Below, piece after piece: positions 1 to 9,019 of a DNA stretch of 32,792 nt. Below the pieces are notes generated by a model, which saw only the letters and a list, made by a program, of their open reading frames with translations, was not told the DNA's origin and ran no database searches. The DNA comes from Candidatus Aquidulcis frankliniae (lineage in GTDB: Bacteria > Chloroflexota > Limnocylindria > Limnocylindrales > Limnocylindraceae): positions 1-32,792 of the forward strand of contig RFPZ01000003.1 of assembly GCA_009925905.1 (NCBI GenBank), in the 5' to 3' direction. The stretch's first letter is position 1; each line of letters starts with the position of its first letter. The translations under genes were made by a program, and so were the position numbers.

Positions 1-191
1 TCGCTGCCGATGGGCATCTGCTCTTCGGAGTGCTGCACCCAAACCACTGGCGTACCAGCGGCCCGGGCGGCGGTAAGGAGCGTTTGGATGTTGGCGATGA
101 CTGCCTCGCGCTGAAACGCAGCGCCGACGACGCCGACTTGTACGTCGATGATCAGGAGTGCCGTGTTGTGGCGCTGGCTGAGCGTGCTCAA
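1..191 (-). CDS. Isochorismatase-family cysteine hydrolase (N-terminal part; runs off the window)
   Basis: Not in the ORF track. Manual translation from TTG at 191, which overlaps the DinB stop as TTGA: MSTLSQRHNTALLIIDVQVGVV...AARAAGTPVVWVQHSEEQMPIGS. TALLIIDVQ and PVVWVQH are family motifs. Confidence 0.88.
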   Translation of the reverse strand, partial: MSTLSQRHNTALLIIDVQVGVVGAAFQREAVIANIQTLLTAARAAGTPVVWVQHSEEQMPIGS

Positions 192-688
192 CCTTGCAAG
201 CCGTCGTTATACGTCCAGACGTCGAGCGCATCGAGGTCGAGTGAGGTGTTGCCATTTGCGGCGAGTGCACCAGCGATCTGAGCGCGATGCTCGGTGGCGT
301 GGTGCACGGCTTGATTGACGAGGACCCAGCGGGGAACGGAGATCTCTTCGCCGCCGTACGAGATCCAGGTGAGGATCTCGTCGCCCGGGCGTTGTGCGCC
401 TGCAAGGAGTTTGGCATCGGCAACCTTGACGACAGCGGCAAGGACTGCGAGATCGGCGACGGTGCTTGGGAGCTCGCGCTTCTCGGCGCGCGGCTCACCG
501 TGCAGACGCTGAGCGTAGTTTTCGGCGGCCGTCACGAGGTGGTGGGCGATAGCGCCAACGCTCCATTCGGAGCCTGGCGAGGTGAAGGCAAGCGCATCGG
601 CAGGTAGCGCTGCAAGCAATGTGAACATCTGGGTATTCGCCCACGCCATGTGCATGAGTTGGCGGTTGAGCGTTTCGTTTTCTGTCAT
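188..688 (-). CDS. DinB family protein
   Basis: MAWANTQM, WSVGAIAHHL and HHATEHRAQI histidine motifs. ATG 688 is preferred over the track start at 724 because a TACGAT -10 box lies at 698-703. Confidence 0.85.
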   Translation of the reverse strand: MTENETLNRQLMHMAWANTQMFTLLAALPADALAFTSPGSEWSVGAIAHHLVTAAENYAQRLHGEPRAEKRELPSTVADLAVLAAVVKVADAKLLAGAQRPGDEILTWISYGGEEISVPRWVLVNQAVHHATEHRAQIAGALAANGNTSLDLDALDVWTYNDGLQG

Positions 689-723
689 AAGAAGGGAATC
701 GTACCTGATGCTACGCTCCCGCA

Positions 724-1380
724 ATGCCTACTGAAAAGCTTTCAACTTGCGACGCAATCTTGCAGGCGACCATCGCCGAAATAACGAGCGCTGGCGCTGA
801 AACCTTCACCCCCCTTACGGTTTGCAAGCAACTCGGAATTAAGCCGAACCTGGTGAACTACCATTTCAAATCACGTGAGGGGCTGATTCGAGAGGCGGCC
901 GTCACCTCATACGAAGAGTATGGACGAGGCTTCGTGAAAGTGTGGGAGCAGCTCGGCCATGCGCCGCGCGAACATTTTGCCGCCGCACTGAAATACCAGG
1001 TCGACTGGACCGTCTCACACAGCTCCATCATGCACCTCATCACTAACGGCAAAGCGGAAGATTTTACGAGTGAGCAACGCGATCGCATCGCCAAGTCGCT
1101 GCTACAGAACGTGTCGCTGCTCACCACAGCCGTTGGTGGTGTGGTTGACGGCGCGCCCTGGGACCACGTGGCCACTACAGCCGACGTCGCGCGACGACCA
1201 GAGCTTGGCTATGCAGCGGGTGCCGTCTCCTGGATGGTGAGTGGTCACGCGGCATGGAAGGCGGGACCACTCGTGCAGGTCACCCAAGGCATTCCGGAGA
1301 GCGGCTCAATCAATAACGTAGATCAACAATTGCTCGCGATGGCGTTTGCCATCGTTCGCTACTTTGGTGACAAGAGCTAG
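724..1380 (+). CDS. TetR/AcrR family transcriptional regulator
   Basis: N-terminal HTH ILQATIAEI...TVCKQLGIKPNLVNYHFKSREGL. Divergent from the DinB gene across 35 bp. Confidence 0.88.
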   Translation: MPTEKLSTCDAILQATIAEITSAGAETFTPLTVCKQLGIKPNLVNYHFKSREGLIREAAVTSYEEYGRGFVKVWEQLGHAPREHFAAALKYQVDWTVSHSSIMHLITNGKAEDFTSEQRDRIAKSLLQNVSLLTTAVGGVVDGAPWDHVATTADVARRPELGYAAGAVSWMVSGHAAWKAGPLVQVTQGIPESGSINNVDQQLLAMAFAIVRYFGDKS

Positions 1381-1392
1381 TCGGCGCACCGC

Positions 1393-2364
1393 TTAGCGAC
1401 TTGTTCGTTCTCTCCGACGCAGCGCAAGAAGCACCGCCGACACTGCGACGGCGCCGATCGAGGCGAGTAGCACCCCAAGTTTTGCAGCACTCAGCGCTGC
1501 GTCAGACGTGAACGCGAGTTCGCTAATGAGCAGCGACACGGTGAAGCCGATTCCAGCGAGTGCACCGATGAGGGCAATGTCCATCCACTGCACGCCAGGT
1601 GAGAGCTTCGCCCCCAGCACCGTGGCCAGCCGTGCGGCAAGGATGATCCCCACCGGCTTACCGACAACGAGCCCAACGAACACGCCCAGTAGGATCGGCG
1701 AACTGATCACTGATTCAAATTCGATTGAACGAAGGTCAACCGCCGCGGCGAAGAGGGCAAAGAGCGGCACAGCGATCACGGCACTGATTGGATGAAAGCG
1801 CGAGACTGCGATCCATTCAAGGCTGAGGCCGGCCGAATAGAAGAGGGCAATCACCAGGATCGCACCGAGATCGTCAACAATCGCTAGCGTCAGCAGGAAC
1901 GTGCGCACGCCGGCGGGGAGTCCGCGGCCGAGCACCGCCAGTACCGCGAGGGCGAAGGCAATATCGGTGGCCATGGGGATCCCCCAGCCGTTTGCGGCAC
2001 CAGCTGCACCGCCTTGGCTAATCGCGACATAGAGGAGCGCAGGGACAGCCATGCCGCCGAGTGCGGCGGCAACGGGGAGCACCGCCTGGCGCGGCTTAGA
2101 GAGCGTGCCAACGACAAGCTCGTGCTTCAGCTCGCCTCCGATGACAAAGAAGAAGATGGCGAGGAGGGCGTCTGCAGTCCACTCCTGAATCGTGAGGTTG
2201 AGGTGGAGCGAATCAAGGCCGATGTGGGTCGTCGCAAGCGCATGGAACGCGCTCGAGAGTGGCCCATTGGCGAGGAGCAGCCCAATGATCGCAGCAACGA
2301 TCAGCAGCGCGCCGCCTGTAGTCTCGCCCTGGAGAAATGCACGTAGTCGCTGCTGGTTGGTCAT
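1393..2364 (-). CDS. nhaA: Na+/H+ antiporter NhaA with in-frame internal deletion (possibly non-functional)
   Basis: Has FFFVIGGELK, GWGIPMATDIAFAL, LAIVDDLGAI, GKPVGI and AGIGFTVSLLI. Only 323 aa and lacks the SGVHAT helix region. Confidence 0.9.
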   Translation of the reverse strand: MTNQQRLRAFLQGETTGGALLIVAAIIGLLLANGPLSSAFHALATTHIGLDSLHLNLTIQEWTADALLAIFFFVIGGELKHELVVGTLSKPRQAVLPVAAALGGMAVPALLYVAISQGGAAGAANGWGIPMATDIAFALAVLAVLGRGLPAGVRTFLLTLAIVDDLGAILVIALFYSAGLSLEWIAVSRFHPISAVIAVPLFALFAAAVDLRSIEFESVISSPILLGVFVGLVVGKPVGIILAARLATVLGAKLSPGVQWMDIALIGALAGIGFTVSLLISELAFTSDAALSAAKLGVLLASIGAVAVSAVLLALRRRERTSR

Positions 2365-2450
2365 CGGCGTATCGTATCGCGCGCGAGTCAGTTTGAGCGA
2401 CGACTTATACTTCCCGCACCAGAGCCGTTGAGCTCTCTATTGGAGGTGCT

Positions 2451-2795
2451 ATGGCAACCAAGCGCAAGGCCGCAGCGAAGCGAGCCGCAACCGTTGAGCT
2501 CTCCCTCATCTATCCGAAGACATCCTCGCGGTTGCTGAACGGCCTCTTCTTGAAGTGGCTGCTCGTGATCCCGCACCTCATTGTGTTGAGCCTTTTCGCC
2601 GTGCTGGTCAGCTTCCTTATGTTCTTCGCCTGGGTGGGCATCTGGATCAACGGTCGCTATCCACGACGCCTCTGGGAGGTGAACGCCTCATACCTGCGTT
2701 ACACCACAAGCGTTAATGCGTATCTAGTACAGCTCACCGATGAGTACCCGGCCTACCCAGAGAATCCACTCACTACATCGCGAAAGCGTCGGTAA
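2451..2795 (+). CDS. DUF4389-type small membrane protein
   Basis: WLLVIPHLIVL...GRYP...NAYLVQLTDEYP pattern; GGAGG Shine-Dalgarno (SD) upstream. Confidence 0.8.
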   Translation: MATKRKAAAKRAATVELSLIYPKTSSRLLNGLFLKWLLVIPHLIVLSLFAVLVSFLMFFAWVGIWINGRYPRRLWEVNASYLRYTTSVNAYLVQLTDEYPAYPENPLTTSRKRR

Positions 2796-2799
2796 TAGC

Positions 2800-3276
2800 A
2801 TGCCGAATACCAATCCTTGTCTCTGGTTTGATGGCACCGCCGAGGAAGCGGCAAATCTGTACGTGTCCGTGTTCCCTAATAGCTCTATTGATGAGGTCGT
2901 GCGGACACCAGGCGACTATCACGCGGGAACGACGGGGAGCGTGCTTGCCGTCCGCTTCACGCTTAACGGGGCACCGTTCCTGGCTTTGAACGGGGGCCCG
3001 ATGTATCAGTTCACGCCTGCCGTGTCGTTCCAGATTGATTGCGCAGACCAGGCGGAGGTGGATCACTTTTGGGAGGCGTTGACCAAGGGCGGCGAGCCGG
3101 GTCAATGCGGATGGTTGAAGGATCGATTCGGACTCTCGTGGCAGGTAAATCCGCGAGAGATGAACCAGTACCTCGGTGGGGCTGATGGCGCGGGTGCCGC
3201 CCGTGCCCAGCAGGCCATGATGAAGATGGGGAAGCTGATCGTCGAGGATCTCCGACGGGCCTACGAAGGGGAGTAG
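2800..3276 (+). CDS. VOC family protein, PhnB / 3-demethylubiquinone-9 3-methyltransferase-like
   Basis: PCLWFDGTAEEAANLY, ALNGGP and CGWLKDRFGLSWQV motifs; start reassigned to ATG 2800. Confidence 0.9.
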   Translation: MPNTNPCLWFDGTAEEAANLYVSVFPNSSIDEVVRTPGDYHAGTTGSVLAVRFTLNGAPFLALNGGPMYQFTPAVSFQIDCADQAEVDHFWEALTKGGEPGQCGWLKDRFGLSWQVNPREMNQYLGGADGAGAARAQQAMMKMGKLIVEDLRRAYEGE

Positions 3277-3296
3277 CGCGCGGGGGCTCGCCGCAT

Positions 3297-3316
3297 TGAA
3301 AAATTTTCAGTAGTAT
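3297..3316 (+). promoter_or_regulatory. AT-rich inverted repeat TGAAAA-TTTTCA next to the -10 box TAGTAT
   Basis: Palindrome at about 3297-3309 in GC-rich context; TAGTAT 3311-3316 lies 6 nt before ATG 3323. Confidence 0.45.
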
Positions 3317-3322
3317 GTGGCG

Positions 3323-3907
3323 ATGCTTGCGCAGTGGGATTGGACCGGTCTATTCGGGGGGCTGATTAGCTTCCTCGTCGTGCTGTACGTGCAGCGCACG
3401 CAGCGCATTCGCAGCACCCGCGGCACCACCGTGAGCATGATCGCCTTTGCTGGCCTGGTCGCCTATGTGTGGGCGCCGATCGGCTTCCCCAACTCCGATT
3501 GGTCGCGTGCGCCGATGGGCACCGATGTGATTCGGCTGATCCCAGTGATCAATTTTGACCCGGCACTCCTGCAAACCCAATGGTTGCTCGTGCAGGTGAG
3601 CATGGGTGCGGCTACCTTCTTTCTCGCAACCCTTGCCCTCTACGGCGATGCGCGGCGGGCGGCCTTCGCCGTCATTGGCATCATGGCCGTGGGGCTGGAG
3701 ATCAGCCAGGCGCTCTCGAACTACTTCTCAAGCCCAGTACCGCCCTACCGCGTAGACGTGCACGATGTTCTGGCGCGGGCCGCTGGCGCGCTTGCTACCT
3801 ACGTTCTACTCAAGATCATCGGCGCGATATGGCGCCTCTTGGTTCAACCCTCGTTCGCGAAGAGCGGCCTCATCGGCTTTATTGATGGGGTCACGCGCCG
3901 TATCTAG
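3323..3907 (+). CDS. VanZ-like membrane protein
   Basis: Several TM segments and C-terminal LEISQ...RVDVHDVLARAAG, resembling the VanZ E-x2-Q...D-x2-D motif. Confidence 0.65.
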   Translation: MLAQWDWTGLFGGLISFLVVLYVQRTQRIRSTRGTTVSMIAFAGLVAYVWAPIGFPNSDWSRAPMGTDVIRLIPVINFDPALLQTQWLLVQVSMGAATFFLATLALYGDARRAAFAVIGIMAVGLEISQALSNYFSSPVPPYRVDVHDVLARAAGALATYVLLKIIGAIWRLLVQPSFAKSGLIGFIDGVTRRI

Positions 3908-3961
3908 TGGTTGCAAGCTGTTGCAGTAACGACCTCCGCGCGGAGGCGATACGATAGCGAC

Positions 3962-4054
3962 ATGACCGCAGCTGCACTCATTGCCCAAGCCGCTGGCGAG
4001 CCGAGCATCTGTCGATGCCCGTCGCTCTCCTTCGGGCCGTCCTGCGCGCGCTGA
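3962..4054 (+). CDS. Putative leaderless Cys-containing leader peptide (30 aa) of cysK-cysE
   Basis: TACGAT 3950-3955, 6 nt, then ATG. Sequence MTAAALIAQAAGEPSICRCPSLSFGPSCAR*, with Cys codons at 4010, 4016 and 4043. Ends 81 nt before cysK. Confidence 0.65.
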   Translation: MTAAALIAQAAGEPSICRCPSLSFGPSCAR

Positions 4055-4127
4055 GGCGATCGCAACCGGGGACCAAACGGCAGAGGGGGCGGCGGTTGTA
4101 GTCCACCGCCCACCATGTAGCTGGAGG
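4019..4127 (+). promoter_or_regulatory. Putative attenuator with mutually exclusive stems upstream of cysK
   Basis: 4019-4029 can pair with 4085-4095 (11 bp, 3 GU). Alternatively 4091-4096 pairs with 4105-4110. SD GGAGG at 4123-4127. Confidence 0.5.
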
Positions 4128-4135
4128 TACCCAAC

Positions 4136-5125
4136 ATGACCGTTCACAACCCAGGAATCTTTTCTGACAACGCCATCACGATCGGTCGCACCCCGTTGGT
4201 GCGCCTGAATCGTGTTACCGACGGCGCCGCCGCAACGGTGCTCGCCAAGATCGAAGGGCGCAACCCTGCCTACTCTGTGAAGTGCCGCCTCGGCACCGCC
4301 ATGGTGCTCGACGCAGAGAAGCGCGGCGTGTTGAAGCCTGGGATGGAGATCGTGGAGCCGACGAGTGGCAACACCGGCATCGCACTTGCGATGGTCGGGG
4401 CCGCACGAGGCTACAAGGTGACCCTCACCATGCCCGACACCGTGAGTATTGAGCGACGCAAGTTGATCGTTGCCTACGGCGCAACGCTGGTGCTCACCGA
4501 AGGTGCGAAGGGCATGCCCGGCGCGATCGCGAAGGCCGAAGAGATTGCCGCCTCGGACCCTGCACGCTACGTGCTGTTGCAGCAGTTCAAGAATCCAGCC
4601 GGCCCAGCGATTCACGAGTCAACCACCGGGCCAGAAATTTGGGACGACACCGACGGCAAGATCGACATCTTTGTTGCAGGGAGTGGCACTGGCGGCACCA
4701 TCACCGGCGTCGCGCGCTATTTGAAGAAGGGTCGTGGCAAGGCGGTGCAGATTGTTGCCGTTGAGCCAGCTACGAGCCCGGTGATTGCGCAACGCATGGC
4801 GGGCCAGCCGAATCAGCCAGCACCACACAAGATTCAAGGGATCGGGCCTGGCTTCGTGCCAGACATCCTCGACATCTCGCTGATTGACCAAGTTGAGTCG
4901 GTGACGAACGAAGAGGCGATCGCCATGGCGCGTCGAATCGCTCGTGAAGAGGGGATCCTCGTGGGTATCTCGTGCGGCGCTGCGGCACACGTTGCGCTGA
5001 AGTTGGCGCATCTGCCAGAGAACGCTGGGAAGACGATTGTGGTGGTGCTGCCAGATTCGGGCGAGCGCTACCTGAGCACCGCGCTCTACGAGGGTCTCTT
5101 CGATGCGAACGGCATCGCCCTGTGA
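4136..5125 (+). CDS. cysK: Cysteine synthase A (O-acetylserine sulfhydrylase)
   Basis: NPAYSVKCR (PLP lysine), [23 protein letters not shown] and [10 protein letters not shown]. Confidence 0.97.
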   Translation: MTVHNPGIFSDNAITIGRTPLVRLNRVTDGAAATVLAKIEGRNPAYSVKCRLGTAMVLDAEKRGVLKPGMEIVEPTSGNTGIALAMVGAARGYKVTLTMPDTVSIERRKLIVAYGATLVLTEGAKGMPGAIAKAEEIAASDPARYVLLQQFKNPAGPAIHESTTGPEIWDDTDGKIDIFVAGSGTGGTITGVARYLKKGRGKAVQIVAVEPATSPVIAQRMAGQPNQPAPHKIQGIGPGFVPDILDISLIDQVESVTNEEAIAMARRIAREEGILVGISCGAAAHVALKLAHLPENAGKTIVVVLPDSGERYLSTALYEGLFDANGIAL

Positions 5126-6012
5126 GCCTTGACGCAACCGAACTGAGTCGCACACTGACCGCCGCTGACGCTGCCCTGGCGGGTGGTGCGGTGGCGGCTG
5201 GCGACCGTCCAACGCGCGGTGAGATCACCCGCGTGCTGGCTGAGCTTCGTTCGGCGCTCTTTCCGCGTGAACTCGGCGTTGCCGCAGATGGTGAGGCGGC
5301 GGTTGCCGCACACCTTGCCTCGGCGCTCGCTGGACTGCGCGAGCAGATCCGACGTTGCATCGTGCTGTTTGCTGCCGAGCGACCAGGTGAGGGACTCGCT
5401 CCAGATCAGGTCGATCGCGTGACGAACGCGTTTGCTGCGGAGCTCCCCACTATTCGCACGCTGATTGAGGGGGATATCGCGGCGGCCTTTGCGGGAGATC
5501 CAGCGGCACGTAGCCGATCAGAGATCCTGCACGGGTACCCAGGCGTACGCGCAATGATCGATCACCGCATGGCCCACCTGCTCTATACGTTGGGGGTTCC
5601 ACTCCTGCCGCGCATCGCGTCGGAAGCCGCTCACTCGGCGACGGGGATCGACATTCACCCGGGTGCAACGATCGGCGAGCGCTTCTTCATCGACCACGGC
5701 ACCGGCGTGGTGATTGGCGAGACGGCGATCATCGGCAGTGGCGTGCGCCTCTACCAAGGCGTGACGCTTGGTTCCAAGAGCTTCCCGAAGGGTGACGATG
5801 GCAACCTCGTCAAGGGGCAGCCGCGCCACCCAATCATTGAAGATGATGTGGTGATCTATTCGGGCGCTACGGTGCTTGGCCGAATCACGGTTGGGCGTGG
5901 TTCAACGATCGGCGGCAATGTATGGCTGACCAAGAGCGTTCCTGCCGGGAGCCAACTGTCGCAGGCGCGCGTGCGCACCGACGAGCTTGCAGCCGAGGGT
6001 TCGGGGATCTAG
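5122..6012 (+). CDS. cysE: Serine O-acetyltransferase (EpsC-type)
   Basis: [37 protein letters not shown] and RHP. GTG start overlaps the cysK stop (GTGA). Confidence 0.95.
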   Translation: MSLDATELSRTLTAADAALAGGAVAAGDRPTRGEITRVLAELRSALFPRELGVAADGEAAVAAHLASALAGLREQIRRCIVLFAAERPGEGLAPDQVDRVTNAFAAELPTIRTLIEGDIAAAFAGDPAARSRSEILHGYPGVRAMIDHRMAHLLYTLGVPLLPRIASEAAHSATGIDIHPGATIGERFFIDHGTGVVIGETAIIGSGVRLYQGVTLGSKSFPKGDDGNLVKGQPRHPIIEDDVVIYSGATVLGRITVGRGSTIGGNVWLTKSVPAGSQLSQARVRTDELAAEGSGI

Positions 6013-6036
6013 CGCCCGGCGGGATAGAATCCCGCC

Positions 6037-6093
6037 ATGCCCACACGCCTTGCATTAGTAAACGCACTCGCCCGCGTCGCCGTGCGCTCATGA
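6037..6093 (+). CDS. Putative leaderless uORF (18 aa) coupled to the ABC exporter
   Basis: TAGAAT 6025-6030, 6 nt, then ATG. Sequence MPTRLALVNALARVAVRS*; its stop overlaps the downstream ATG as ATGA at 6090-6093. Confidence 0.55.
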   Translation: MPTRLALVNALARVAVRS

Positions 6094-7952
6094 GCGGTGG
6101 CATGGGTTCGGGGCGTGGGGGCCACATGTTCGGCGGCGATGACAGCGGCCCAACAAAGCCAGCCGGGGCGGCCCTGCCACTCCTACGACGCGCGGCAAAA
6201 TTCTTTGGCCCATATCGCGGACGACTCGGCGTCATTGGGCTCGCCATCCTTGGGTCTAGCATCTTGGGGCTTGCGAACCCGTATCTTCTCAAGCTCCTCA
6301 TCGACGAGGCGATTCCGCGGCGCGACCTTGGCCTCCTGGCGCTCTACGCCGGGCTGATGGTGGTGGTGCCGATCATCAACGGCGGCATTGGGCTCGCCCA
6401 GGCGTGGCTCACCGCCTCGGTTGGCCAGTTCGTGATGCGCGACCTGCGCAACGCACTCTTCACCCACGTTCAGTCGATGCCGATCCGCTTCTTCTCGGAG
6501 ACGCGCACTGGCGAGATTCAGAGTCGCCTCACCAACGATGTCTCTGGCGTGCAGTCGGTCGTCAGTGATGCCGCTGCAAACCTTGCCTCAAGCATTGCGA
6601 TCGTTGTCTCAACGCTGGTGGCGATGACACTCATTGATTGGCGCCTCACTGCGGTGAGCATCGCCGTTGCGCCACTCTTCCTCTTCTTAACATCGAAGGC
6701 CTCCGCCGCGCGCCGCAAGGCGAGTGGCGAAGTGCAAACGGCGCTTGCCGACCTCACCTCCATTGCTGAAGAGCACCTGTCAGTCGGTGGCGCACTGCTC
6801 GCGAAATCATTCGGCCGTTCCGAGGCTGGTGCCGAGCGCTTCACGCAACGTTCTGGTGAACTTGCCACACTGCAGCTTCGCCAAGCGCTCACTGGCCGAT
6901 GGGTTGGCGTAGTGGTCCAGGTGGTCTTCAGCGGCATTCCAGCGCTGGTCTACTTCGCAGCGGGTTCGCTTGCTGTTGCGGGCGCGCCTGATGCGCCAAC
7001 CATCGGTGACATCGTTGCGTTCACCACGCTGCAAAGCCGACTCTTCTTCCCGCTTGCGTCACTGCTTGGCCTCCAGGTAGAGATCGGCGGCAGCCTCGCG
7101 CTCTTCGAGCGCATCTTCGCCTACCTCGACCTTGTTCCAGAGATTGTCGATGCGCCGAACGCGATCACGCTGACCCGCTCCGGCGTGCGCGGCCAGGTCT
7201 CGCTGCGCGACGTGAGCTTCCGCTATCCGCAGCCGCCCGAGGGGCAGGGCCGACAGCGGCGCGACACTTTCGGTTTGAGCAACATCTCGTTCACGGCGGA
7301 GCCGGGGAGCCTCACCGCTCTCGTTGGGCCATCGGGCTCTGGGAAGAGCACCATCTTGAGTTTGATCCCGCGCTTCTGGGATGCAGGCGCTGGCGCAGTA
7401 CAACTCGATGGCGTCGATGTGCGCGGAATCAAACTTCGCTCCCTTGGCGAGATGATCGGCGTTGTGACCCAAGAGACGCACCTGCTGCACGCGACCATTC
7501 GCGAAAATTTGCTCTATGCGCGACCTGGGGCGACCGATGCACAGATCCTCGTGGCCCTTGCGGGGGCATCGCTGGCCGAGCGCATCAAGGAGCTGCCGCA
7601 AGGACTCGATACTGTTGTAGGGGAGCGTGGCTACAAGCTTTCTGGCGGCGAACGTCAACGGTTGGCAATCGCCCGTGTGCTCTTGAAGGACCCACCCATC
7701 CTCTTACTCGACGAGGCGACCTCGGCACTCGACTCGGTTTCGGAACGCCATGTGCAACAGGCGCTTGAGCGCGCCATGGCCGGGCGCACCACCATCGCCG
7801 TTGCCCACCGACTGAGCACCGTGGCCTCGGCAGATCAGATCATCGTGTTGAATCACGGTGAAATCGTGGAGCGCGGGCGACACGAGGAGTTGCGCACACG
7901 GGGCGGCCTCTACGCCGAACTTGCCGCGGTGCAGTTCGGACTGCACGCGTAG
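6090..7952 (+). CDS. ABC exporter, fused permease/ATP-binding protein (MdlB/MsbA-like)
   Basis: TM domain with TGEIQSRLTNDV, Walker A GPSGSGKST, LSGGERQR, LLLDEATSALD and AHRLST. Start reassigned to ATG 6090. Confidence 0.93.
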   Translation: MSGGMGSGRGGHMFGGDDSGPTKPAGAALPLLRRAAKFFGPYRGRLGVIGLAILGSSILGLANPYLLKLLIDEAIPRRDLGLLALYAGLMVVVPIINGGIGLAQAWLTASVGQFVMRDLRNALFTHVQSMPIRFFSETRTGEIQSRLTNDVSGVQSVVSDAAANLASSIAIVVSTLVAMTLIDWRLTAVSIAVAPLFLFLTSKASAARRKASGEVQTALADLTSIAEEHLSVGGALLAKSFGRSEAGAERFTQRSGELATLQLRQALTGRWVGVVVQVVFSGIPALVYFAAGSLAVAGAPDAPTIGDIVAFTTLQSRLFFPLASLLGLQVEIGGSLALFERIFAYLDLVPEIVDAPNAITLTRSGVRGQVSLRDVSFRYPQPPEGQGRQRRDTFGLSNISFTAEPGSLTALVGPSGSGKSTILSLIPRFWDAGAGAVQLDGVDVRGIKLRSLGEMIGVVTQETHLLHATIRENLLYARPGATDAQILVALAGASLAERIKELPQGLDTVVGERGYKLSGGERQRLAIARVLLKDPPILLLDEATSALDSVSERHVQQALERAMAGRTTIAVAHRLSTVASADQIIVLNHGEIVERGRHEELRTRGGLYAELAAVQFGLHA

Positions 7953-7961
7953 CCCCTCAGT

Positions 7962-9017
7962 TCAGGGAGACGCAATCACCAGGCGCTGAAAACTCGACGG
8001 CACCTGCGCGCCATCAACGCTCCTGAACTGCGCGCTGTGTTCTTGCACTGACCAGCCGTTCGGGGAATGTGCGAGCAGTGCTTTCAATACGGCGTGCGCC
8101 TCCATGCGCGCGAGCGGTGCCCCAACGCAGGCATGCGGGCCGATCCCGAATGCAATGTGGGGTGACATCGCAGGGCGATCGAGGCGCAACTCAGCAGGGC
8201 AGGTGAAGATTGTTGCATCGTGATTCGCGGAGGCGAAATCGAGTCCAACATGCGGTGACTGTTCTGGGTCACCGCCGCTCTCTCCACGATCGATGCGCTC
8301 CATAAGCCCAAGCGGCGTCGTTAGGCGTAGCGTCTCTTCAATAAATGCGGTTCGCACCGCAGGATCGCCACGCAGTGCCGCAACGTGCGTAGGATGCGCC
8401 GCAACCATCCAGGCAATTCCAGCGATCAGGTTCATCACCGTGTCGCGACCACCCGCCAGTAGGAGACTGCCGACGCCGATCTGCTGGTCGCGCGTCAGGA
8501 GCACCCCGGCGATTGGGGTGCTTGCAAGCAGATTGAAGAGGCGTCCACCAGTTCCCGCCGCACCCTCATCGACCGCTCGCTCGAGGAAGGCAAGGAGGGC
8601 AGCCCCGTCGCGTCGCCCGTCGTGATCGCCCCAGACCGAAGGGCCCCACGACACCCACTCCTCAATGTCGCTCGGCCGATCGAGGAGTCGGGCGATCGTG
8701 CGAACGACGAGGGGGAGCCCAACGCCCCGAACTATCTCAAGCTCACCCAATTTGAGCGGTGCAACCAGTTCACGCGCATCTGCTTCGATCCCTTGCTGAA
8801 ATGGGGCAAGTGAACCCTTTGAGAAGAACGGCACAAGAAAGGCCCGCAACGCGGAGTGCAGCGGCGGGTCCGACTCGAGTGGGAGTTGCCGATAGGCGCG
8901 CACATCTTCATCGCCCTGATGGAGCGACGAGTACCGTTCGAAATCTCGCCCGGCCGCGCGGACCGACTCGTAGCCGGTAACGCGTGGCAGCCGCTCAACT
9001 CGTGAGGGGCCGCTCAT
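7962..9017 (-). CDS. Cytochrome P450 (compact, 351 aa)
   Basis: DPPLH, I-helix AGGRDT, ExxR (EETLR) and heme motif FGIGPHACVG. Confidence 0.93.
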   Translation of the reverse strand: MSGPSRVERLPRVTGYESVRAAGRDFERYSSLHQGDEDVRAYRQLPLESDPPLHSALRAFLVPFFSKGSLAPFQQGIEADARELVAPLKLGELEIVRGVGLPLVVRTIARLLDRPSDIEEWVSWGPSVWGDHDGRRDGAALLAFLERAVDEGAAGTGGRLFNLLASTPIAGVLLTRDQQIGVGSLLLAGGRDTVMNLIAGIAWMVAAHPTHVAALRGDPAVRTAFIEETLRLTTPLGLMERIDRGESGGDPEQSPHVGLDFASANHDATIFTCPAELRLDRPAMSPHIAFGIGPHACVGAPLARMEAHAVLKALLAHSPNGWSVQEHSAQFRSVDGAQVPSSFQRLVIASP

Positions 9018-9019
9018 AA

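Noticed and set aside
2425-2503. 13-nt direct repeat CCGTTGAGCTCTC (2425-2437 and 2491-2503)
   Set aside because: Only two copies, one inside a CDS. It is not a CRISPR array and no mobile element is associated.
3933-3946. Perfect palindrome CCTCCGCGCGGAGG
   Set aside because: All but two bases are GC, there is no U-tract, and it is a single instance. It cannot be called a terminator or operator.
4040-4130. SAM-type riboswitch upstream of cysK (GCAACC at 4062-4067)
   Set aside because: The other SAM-I core elements and P1 pairing are not recognisable, and the leader-peptide model fits better. An Infernal/Rfam scan would settle it.
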